Of a stretch of 64,000 nt of DNA, positions 53,902 through 64,000 are shown one piece after another. Source of the stretch: the human T2T-CHM13v2.0 reference genome, Homo sapiens; the NCBI RefSeq assembly GCF_009914755.1, contig NC_060926.1; one strand, given 5' to 3'. Position 1 is the stretch's first letter. Each line of letters opens with the position of its first letter. The notes under the pieces were generated by a model that saw nothing but the letters and a program-made list of their open reading frames with translations, made no database searches and had not been told where the DNA came from. A program made the position numbers and the translations under genes.

Positions 53902-54594
53902 CTGTCTTAGTCCATTTTGTGCTGCTGTAACAGAATGCCACAGACGAGGTAATTTATGAAAAACAGAAATTTATTCTCTCACAGTTCTGGAGGTTGAGAA
54001 ATCCAAGATCAAGTCACCAGCAGCTTGTGTGGGCCTTCTTATTGCCTTCCTACTGCATCCTTACACGGCAGAAGGCAGAAAGGGCAAGAGGCAAGAGAGA
54101 GTGAGTCTGCTCCCACCAGCACTTTTTTTTTTTCTTTTTGAGACGGGTCTCACTCTATCACCAAGGCTGGAGTGCAGTGGTGTGATCATGACTCACCGCC
54201 ATCTCTGCCTCTCAGGTTCCAGTGATCCTCCTACCTCAGCTTCCTGAATAGCTGGGACTGCCAGTGCATGCCACCATGCCCAGCTTATTATTTTTGTATT
54301 TTTTATTTTTTTGTTGAGACAGAGTTTCACCATGTTGCCCAGGCTGGTCTCGAACTCCTGAGCTCAAGTGGTCTGTCTGCCTTGGCCTCCCAAAGTGCTG
54401 GGATTACAGGCATCAGCCATTGCCCCGGCCCCCACAAGCATTTTTAAAGTGGCATTAATCTATTCATGAGGACAGAGTCTTCATGACCTAAACACTTCCC
54501 CAAAGATCCTACCTCCCAACACTGTTACATTGGGGATTAAGTTTCCAACATGCGAACTTTGGTGAGGAGGAACAAAAACATTCAAACCATAGCA
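53902..54594. mobile_element. MSTB-type MaLR solo LTR interrupted by an Alu
   Basis: Termini TGTCTTAGTCCATTTTGTGCTGCT...AACATTCAAACCATAGCA. Confidence 0.88.
54123..54430 (-). mobile_element. AluJ/S inside the MST LTR
   Basis: Reverse Alu; TSD CCCAC(C/A)AGCA(C/T)TTTT. Confidence 0.92.
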
Positions 54595-54606
54595 ATGACT
54601 ATGTTA

Positions 54607-55021
<415 letters not shown>

Positions 55022-55562
55022 CTACAATATGTAAAGGTCCAGAGCTCACAGGATCTTAGGGTATGTTTATAATTTACTTTGGTAGATAATGACAGTTTTC
55101 TGAAATGGTTGTGCCAAGTTGTAACCTAAAATGCAAAGGCTGGAGCCAAAGTTTCAGTGAATGCAGATACATCACAAAAGCTGAGCTAAGTTAGCAATCT
55201 TGAGACAAGGGAAGAGCAGCTAGAGAAAACCTGGAAAACAATGAGGTGGAAATGGTAGTGGCAAAGCACAAGATAGAAATGAGGAAACTTACACAAGAAA
55301 ATGAAAATAAAGGTTAAAACAGATTAAACAGAAAATGGTAGATGTAGAAAACAGTCAAAGGAGATCCAGCATAGGCATAATTGGCTTCCCTGGAAAAAAA
55401 GAGAAAATCAAAACAATGCAAAATAAAAAATATTTAAAATATAATAGAAGACAGGTGATTTCTTATAAAGTTAGATGTGCACTTACCAAATGACCTGGTA
55501 ATTCTACCCACTCCTAGGTATTCACCAAGATAAAACATATGTCCACACAAAGACTTATATAT

Positions 55563-55860
<298 letters not shown>

Positions 55861-56196
55861 GACATATGTGAGCACTCATAAAAGTTTTAGGAATTTGACA
55901 AAAATGGTTCCATAGCTCATTCAAAAGAATAGATTTTAAAATAATCAATAAGATTTAAAAAGTGATAATGAAAGAGCTTTCACTATCAACATTTAAATAA
56001 TATTTTACAATTAAAGTTTTTAAAAATAAAATGTTATACTATTATAGAAATAGGCAAGCTGATCAGTAGAACAAAATAAATAGGCTGTAAACTTGTGTTT
56101 GTGTGTTTATAGCTAATAAGTGTGATGCTTAAATCAGTGGGAAAAAGTATTAACTATTTAATATAGAGAGCTAGTATAATTATTAGTGCCACATGT

Positions 56197-56308
56197 CAGG
56201 AGCTAACGAAACTTCTGCAAAGGACCAGCTAGTAAATATTTTAGGCTTTGTGGGCCATACCATCTCTGTTGCAACCACTTAACTCTGCCACTGTAGCATG
56301 AAAGCAGG
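56197..56308. mobile_element. MER58A fragment
   Basis: 'agtaaatattttaggctttgtgggccatac...ctctgttgcaaccacttaactctgccactgtagcatgaaagcag'. Confidence 0.8.
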
Positions 56309-56785
56309 TACAAATAACTATATTACATTCTAAGTAATTTTTAAAATTTCAAACCTCTGTTTTTAAACACTTGAAAATAATACACTGACAAATATGATGG
56401 CTTGCTTTTATGTAACTGGCACCTGATAGAATTAAAATTGACCCAAATAGGTCACCAAAAATATATTTTACCTGACAAATTAATTAACATGGGTTAGGGT
56501 CAGGATGCGAGGCAAAGAAACAGGAGAGTGCTTTGGACAATGAGAATTAAGTCACTGATCTCTCATTCTATATAGCAATTCTCCTGTCTTACAAACATGT
56601 CCTAGTATCTCTCTCATCTTAAAAGCAAACAACAAAATCCTCTTTAGTCACTCTTTATCCCATTGGTATATCCATTTCTACAAAGCATCATTGCCTGAGT
56701 GTTCTTATGTATTAATATATATTTGTTTATTTATTATTTGCCTTTCTACTCTAGGAACTGTGATCCATGAGGGAAGGATTTTTCT

Positions 56786-57290
56786 CCCTTTCTTTCTTTT
56801 TTTTTTTTATTTTTATACTTTAAGTTCTAGGGTACATGACACCATGTGCAGGTTTGTTACTTATGTATACATGTGCCATGTTGGTGTGCTGCACCCGTTA
56901 ACTCGTCATTTACGTTAGGTATATCTCCTAATGCTATCCCTCCCCCCAATCCCACCCCACGACAGGCCCTGGTGTGTGATATTCCCTACCCTGTGTCCAA
57001 GTGTTCTCATTGTTCAATTCCCACCCATGAGTGAGAATATGTGGTGTTTGGTTTTCTGTCCTTGCGATAGTTTGCTCAGAATGATGGTTTCCAGCTTCAT
57101 CCATGTCCCTACAAAGGACATGAACTCATCGTTTTTTATGGCTGCATAGTATTCCATGGTGTATATGTGCCACATTTTCTTAATCCAGTGTATCATTGAT
57201 GGACATTTGGGTTGGTTCCAAGTCTTTGCTATTGTGAATAGTGCCACAATAAACATACACGTGCATGTGTCTTTATAGCAGCATGATTTT
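56786..57290 (-). mobile_element. L1PA (about PA4-PA5) 5'-truncated 3' end
   Basis: ORF 57014-57256 is the ORF2p C-terminus (ALFTIAKTWNQPKCPSM...FMSFVGTWMKLETIILSKLSQ); 3'UTR 'tatactttaagttctagggtacatg'; likely TSD AAG(G/C)ATTTTTCT at 56774 and 57293. Confidence 0.95.
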
Positions 57291-60200
57291 TAAAGCATTT
57301 TTCTTTCTTCCTCACTGAAGGAGACATTTTCAATTTACATTCTGACCCATAGAAAATAGAAGGTTTCTAAATGAGCTTATTTTGTATCTGGCTGCCTAAA
57401 GAACTCTTCCTACCTATTCCTCCATTGAAGAATCACAAACAAGTGCCTTGGGAGGAGGCGCAAGTCTCAGGGATCCAGACCATAATCTCAGAGCTAGAAT
57501 GTAAGGGTAAGAAAATATGAATGACCCTTTTGGGAGGGATTGCTAAAGAAGTAACATTCAGTAGTTGGACATTTGATTGTTCTATCAATTGCAGTCTGTC
57601 AGCTTTATGTCGAAGGCATACTCATATCTCTACAAGAGCCAATGAACTTCCCTGTCAGACCTTGCCACACACACTTTGGAAGAGGAGAGGGAAGAGCAGA
57701 AAGAAAGAGAAGAGGAGGAGGAAAAGAGGAGGAGCTTTGAGAGAGTTTGAAGTCAGGGAGACAAGCGGGCTACAGTGGTAGAATCAGTGAGGGATTAAAA
57801 TCTTTCCTGCGTTAGTTCCTTTTTCCTGTTGATATTTCTTGAGATTCTTTCTTTTGAGCCCTCCTGGTACTTGGTCCTCTTCCTCTAGGGCAGTTCACTT
57901 AATGAAAGGCTCTCTGGCCTGGGGTAGGCCCTGGCCAACTATGCTCTAGAATGTAGAAAAATACGCTATTAATTGAGCCAAGATTAAGTTTATCCCAGGA
58001 TTAAGTTTAGGCCTGGATTTATTCTAGGCTTTGGGCTAGGAGATCCAAAAATTTCATTATGGTTCATGTTTAGCCGGCTGAGCTCACAATGTTTAGCAAA
58101 TCCATGTGAGGATTTGGGCCCAAAGTCCTGTAGTGACAAACACTTTACATTTGCATATTTTTAAAGGAGCTCATGGAAGAGATGAGTAGCCGACCATAAC
58201 TTTGGGGATTTGGTGTTATAGGAATTGCTCCCTCACTTGCTACGGGGAAAAATGAATACTATATGACCATAATAGTTTGCTGAAAATTGTCTCTGCTATT
58301 CCTGCCAAAAATGGATGGAGAAGATTATTTGAGAGAAGAAAATATGAAAATGGATCCCCTTGAAGAAATATGAGAGAAGGAAGCTAATCCTTGGTGACAG
58401 AATAAGAGACACTCAAACTGACATTAAGAACACACAAGTAGTCCAGAGAGTGGAAAAATAGCTAAACTTATATGAAGGTGCTTGATACAAGGGTATGTCA
58501 TGTTCTGAGGCCTGACCTTTCCTGAGAAGCTGACAGGCATGGCATTTATGATGGAAAAACAACCCTGGAGGCACAGAAAAGCTGATGGCCACAGACTGCA
58601 AAGGGATCAATTAGAGAGAAAACTGCTCTCTGGTACAGAAAGAGTGTTTAGAAGAGAAATGGGCATCTTGGTGTTGCTGTACTTATCCCCTCTCTTTTCT
58701 GAGTCACCAATTTCTCATTCTATGCAGCAATTCTGCTGTTTTACAAACATGTCATAATGTCTCATCTTAAAAACAAACAACAAAATCCTTTTTAGTCACT
58801 CTTTATCCCATTGGTATGTCCATTTCTTCAAAACACTATTACCTCTTATGTATGTATTTGTTTGTTTATTGTTTGCCTTCCTGTTGTAGGAACTCTGATC
58901 CATGAAGGCAGGATCTTTTTTTTCTTCTTCACTGCTATTTTGTCCTAGAATAGTATTTGGCACATAGCTGGGGCTCAATACATATTTCTTGATTGAATAC
59001 AAGAAGTTGAGTGGCATGAAGATATGGGATATAGTCATCCAGGTAGAAACAGATTTCTTTCAAAGGTAATTGTAGTTTCCAAGGACAGATACACTGGGCT
59101 GACCTCTGACCCTAGGAGTAATAGAAATAGCAATTCCATAATCCAGTTGGTTATAGACCAGGAATGACAAACACATGGCATGCATGTTGCCGCTTCCCCA
59201 TTCTGCTTTCAGGACAGACATCATTAATCTATCACAGCACTTGTTCCTGAAGAGAGTGGTTACTGCCTCCCTGATTACTGAATCCATAGCACAAATGGAA
59301 GGATAAAATTTTGCATGGAAAGATAGGTTTTGGAGATCCTATCAGTATGAAAGGCCTAGGTTCTTCTATAAATAATGTTGCTTGACCATTAATTCCAGAG
59401 TGTGACTATGGAAAAGGAGGAATAGTTGCATGGCTTTAGTTTTGTCTTTTCTAAACAACCTAAATGACACCACAGTTCAATCACCCCACATGTATCGATC
59501 AAGGGGACCAATTGGAGAGCTCAGCATTTAGCCAGGGACAGATGCCAAAATTCAGCCAAGAAAACCTGCCAAAAAAAAAAGTAATGTCCAAAAGCACAGG
59601 ACAGAGACATGCTCTACTGGCCATGACTGGGAGCTGTAACTCACCTTCTCAGAGAGCTCCAGGGAAGTGCCTGGACAGGACACTGAGAATGAAAGAAAAG
59701 CACGGGTGAGACCAAAACAGGGGCAACTCTTACCCTATTTCTGAATATTTTTTATGGGGAAGGAGGCAAAGAGGATGAGGGTAATGGGGGATGTTGCCTT
59801 TTATTAAAGTGCGGGTGGAACGAATACTTGACTTGTAAAGTTGGGACTTACTACAACTAGCACAAAATCAATAAGAAAGGAGAGTCAACAAGTATTTACA
59901 AAGCCTTCAATGGCCTGCATGGGGATCAGTGCCAAGAAACAGTCTTTGCCATGGCTCTGCCTCCTCCTTGACCCAAAGTACCACTCTTTATTATGCAACT
60001 GGCACACGAATTGCCTCCAGAACATGAGAACACTACTCATGGCCAGTGTGGGGAACTCAGGCCAAGACACAGCCTTCTGCCCAAGGAAGTGGTCTGAAGT
60101 AACTTTGCAGAATTCTTGTCAAGATAGTTAACATTGTCAAGCAAACAAACAAATAAAACCGCTGAGTAGAAGCCAATTCTCCATGTGCTTAGACTCCCTG

Positions 60201-60432
60201 TTCTTGTCCCTGCTCCTGACCTCACAATGAGCATGGGGCCCTGAGATGACCTCCAAGAGAGGCTAGGAAAAGGGTTTGGCTAGACGTTGGTCAGATTCTG
60301 CCCTCTCCCTCCAGGAGAGGAAGAATCAGTCTGAAGCAGGACCACATGAGACCAAGAAAATGGGTTTGTGTGTCTCCTCTGGGACTGGCACTGGATTCAC
60401 AAAGGAGATGAAGGATAGAAGTAGGGGGAGGT

Positions 60433-60749
60433 GGCTAGGCATGGTGGCTCACACCTGTAATCCCAGTACTTTGGGAGGCCGAGGCGGGCGGATCACAAGG
60501 TCAGGAGTTCGAGACCAGCCTGACCAACATGGTTAAACCCTGTCTCTAATGAAAATATAAAAATTAGCTGGGCATGGTGGTTGCGCCCGTAATCCCAGCT
60601 ACTCAGGAGGCTGACGCAGGAGAATCGCTTGAACCTGGGAGGTGTAGGTTGCAGTGAGCCGAGATTGCGCCATTGCACTACAGCCTGGGTGACAGAGTGA
60701 GACTCCATCTCAAAACAAAAACAACAACAACAAAAAAAAAAAAAAAAAA
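60433..60749 (+). mobile_element. AluS (Sg-like)
   Basis: Full-length Alu with mixed (CAA)n/A tail. Confidence 0.93.
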
Positions 60750-62610
60750 GGAGGAGGAGGTATCAAGAGAGATCTGTTTGCTCAGGAGAATCTGTGTGGG
60801 AGCTGAGTCAGTCCTCAGATTGCAATGGGATAGGAATAATGCCTTCCAGATCTTCTCACCTGGATCACTTCCCCATCGTCCTCCATCTCACCTGTTGTCC
60901 TTCTCCCCTTCTCCCTTTCTCAATTTTCTCTGCCCTTCAGTGTCTCAGGTGTCTGTATTCTTCAAGAAGCCATGCCCTGTCCCTAATTTCCCCTCCACCC
61001 ATTACATCGTCATTTCCCACACCCAAACTGCTTGGGCCACATTGTCTACAATGGCCACCTCCTCGTAACATCCAGATTTCCAGACACTGTGCAAGGCAAC
61101 TTATAGACCTTGCTGCCTTTAGTCCTCCTGACAACACCAACAATGTCTCAGTGAGCCAGCCATTATCTGCCTCGTGTTAGGAAGCTCAGAGATGTTGAGT
61201 CCCTTTCTGGAGGTCAGAAATTTTAAGTGCTAGAGTTGAGATTCAAACCTAGCAGTGTCTGCTCTTAATCTCTAGAGGTTTTCTAAAGTGTGAAACTTAG
61301 AAGACAAGAGTTCTATGAGATTTAAAAAGGAATACCATAGAAGAATTGGAAAAAATTATACTTTACAAATAAACATTATGTACTTGGTCTTGTTATTATG
61401 AAAAAAAACCCTGCCTCTAAACATGGCGAGATATATCTTGCACTACCAGTATTTCCTGATGGGGCTGCTGTTGGCCTTTTAGTCCAAGCCCACACACTGT
61501 AGAGTGTTTAGTATCTGTGGTCCTGTCAGCCAAAGGCCAGTGGGGTCCTCAGTGTGCACCTAAAAGTGCTCCACATGTGTAAATGTCCCCTGAGATATGA
61601 ATGTTACTACCTTCAGTTGAAGGTAACTAACCCTGGAATGTAATGACCATAACGTCAGGGACTGTGTCTTTCTTACTCAGCATTGCAGCCCCAACATATA
61701 GCTCGTAGTAGGCCTTTAGTAGATATTAGAAAGTCATCTAATGCATGTGTAATGTGTAATTATTGATAATAGGCAGTATTTAACCATTACCTAGGATGTT
61801 ATCTGATATGATCTCAATGACCATCTTGCCTATACAGTTTTAACATGTCTGCAATATTATTCAATGTTCATTATGTATTAGACACATGAATCAAATTTTG
61901 GTCATTTCTTGCAGCAATTAAATTATCAGGTTACTTTATTTCAAGCATGAAGCTTTCTATCTCCTGAGCTCCTTGATGAAAACTTGACTTATAAAGCTAA
62001 GACTTCCTATAACTAGCACAAAATCAATAAGCAAGGAGAGTTAACAAGTATTTACAAAGCCTTCAGTGGCCTGCATGATCCCCATGTCTGTTGTTTCCCT
62101 GTCTGTATACCCTAAATTATAATAGTGCTTCATTTTAAATGTTTGGGCTAAGATGCCTATGGACAGTTACCAATCAACACAAAGAAGCATCCGGCTGTCT
62201 CACCCTTTGTTGCTTTTGATTCTCTCTCATGAACAGTTCTGAGACCTCCACTGTCCTCTTGTTATTTTTATTCCTAATGGTGATACTTCTCCTACTTGCT
62301 TCCTCCAACTGTCTACCTTGTCATGTTGACTCCTTCCTTCAGGAATGCTCTTCTCAAATCTGAAGATACAATCTGAATAGAAAAATAGGTGTGGACCACT
62401 GGTGGCCACTTATGTGCCTACATGTCTGTAGTCATTCATTTTCAATCTTGAGTGAAGACACAAAGGTCTATGTCAGCCAGCCCCTAGCTGGAGTTTCCTT
62501 TGTCTAGTTCTGCATCTGCCTCCCAAGAATCTATTCTTTTTGCTCTTCTCACTCCCTCACCCTCTCCCTGGTATCAGTGTCTCTGATATAGACACAGGAA
62601 TAGGCATTTA

Positions 62611-62932
62611 TGGAAGATCAGAAGGGGAGAGGAGTGCAGTTCTGGTCCCAGAGCTACCCAGCAGGGAGGAACAGGCCTTGTGGGGGCTGACCTGACTTAG
62701 CCAGAGAGGCATCAGGCTGCCAGGAAAATGAGGGTTGCAGCCATCTGGGGACAAAGTTAAGGCAAGCTGTCTGGAAGATCAGGTGGGGAGAGGAGTGCAG
62801 TTCTGGCCCCAGAGCTACCCAGCAGGGAGGAACAGGCCTTGTGGGGGCTGACCTGACTTAGCCAGACAGGACATCAGGCTGCCAGGAAAATGAGGGTTGC
62901 AGCCATCTGGGGACAAAGTTAAGGCAAGCTGT
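62611..62932. repeat. Two-copy ~161-bp tandem duplication
   Basis: 62611-62770 and 62772-62932 differ by only about 4 substitutions and 1 indel. Confidence 0.97.
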
Positions 62933-63596
62933 GGGCTGAAAGGGAGCCCAGTGGGAGATGAGGCACAGAGAGGAGGGAGCTGGGATAAAGAGACTTAGAA
63001 ACGCAGGCACAAAGCCAGCACAGAGGCTGTCCTGGGTAGCAAGCCCTGTCTACACAACTAGAGTCATTGAAGAAGGCTTTCAGAAGAAGCTGGGACTGGA
63101 TTTGCGGCTTGAAGAAAGGGTAGGATTTGTAGAGTTGAAGAGGAGTATAACGAGCCACTTCCTGTGAGGTGAAACTACATATCACTCAGTGATTTACATC
63201 TAAACTGGGCATTTATGTGTTATGATTGACTGAAATCACCTGTGGGCTAATCAGCCCAGCCATCAGGCCGAGATGCTGGCTCACAAAGGCAGCTGAGGGA
63301 CCTTCCCCTGCAGGAAGTGACCCTGTGCCTGATTTACACTTTGCAAGGTATGCAATTGTTTTCACTTGCTCTAAACAAATTGACCAAATCCAGTTCAGCA
63401 AATGAGATGACTCCAAGCACAAGGTTTCTCTTTGAAAATGATTGAGAACATGTTTGCATACAGTGTTTACAAAGTTGAAGCAAACTATGCTTTGAATGAA
63501 GAGAGAATATGTCTCCATTTCTTCGCTGAGTGTGAAATGAGAGGGGGGTTTGTTAGCCCGACTCCAGCAGAGCTCTTGCCCATAGGAAGCCTGAGA

Positions 63597-63900
63597 TCAA
63601 GGGTCACAAACTCAAGTGTCTACTGTGAAAATAAGATAAATAATGAAACAAGACAACTGTGATGCAACAGGAAATTGTGGAAACTCTGGCTAAGCCAAGA
63701 GCATACATCCTATTTGAAGACGGCTGCTATTCTCTCCCCTATTTGCATCCATGCAAGAATGAGAGTCCACTATGACCAGGTTTTCTAATTTTTCAAGAGA
63801 AGCCAGAAATGCTGATTTTTTTTTGGTAAGAAACTTTCTAAGCTAAGGAGTATTGTATGGGTGCCTTCTGCTGTGGGCCACCTGTTTCCAGTCTCTGTTC
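63597..63900. mobile_element. MER102-like hAT-Charlie fossil
   Basis: 'caagggtcacaaactcaa...tttttcaagagaagccagaaatgctgatttt...gtgggccacctgtttccagtctctg'. Confidence 0.6.
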
Positions 63901-64000
63901 TAGAGGCTACCTAGTTATGGAAGTCACCTGTAACTGTCCCTATTTGTTCTGGAAGGAAGAGTGGACACTTGTAGGAAAAAGCCCAGACTCCTAGCCTGAC

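Overview
Primate genomic DNA, most likely human (Alu, L1PA and HERV-K LTR5 sequences are present); I cannot assign the locus from sequence alone. The window is non-coding (intergenic or intronic) and repeat-rich: about 23 Alus, old L1M/L1MA/L1ME and L2/MIR fragments, one L1PA 3' end, MaLR/ERV LTRs and hAT DNA-transposon fossils. I recognise no intact cellular protein-coding exon. The ORF track is almost all Alu/L1-derived or chance ORFs. The main non-repeat landmarks are a CpG island at ~13.7-14.4 kb and a minus-strand processed RPS28 pseudogene at ~53.08-53.40 kb. The most unusual structures are (1) a HERV-K LTR5 U3 fused to an Alu, with one target-site duplication (TSD) around both parts; (2) an RPS28 retrocopy with an internal deletion whose junction carries two alternative microhomology joins in tandem and leaves an open chimeric ORF; (3) several short locally templated duplications/insertions and solo poly(A) insertions with TSDs. 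I see no evidence for a new multi-gene system. Repeat family names come from remembered consensus sequences, and repeat boundaries are approximate until checked with RepeatMasker/Dfam.
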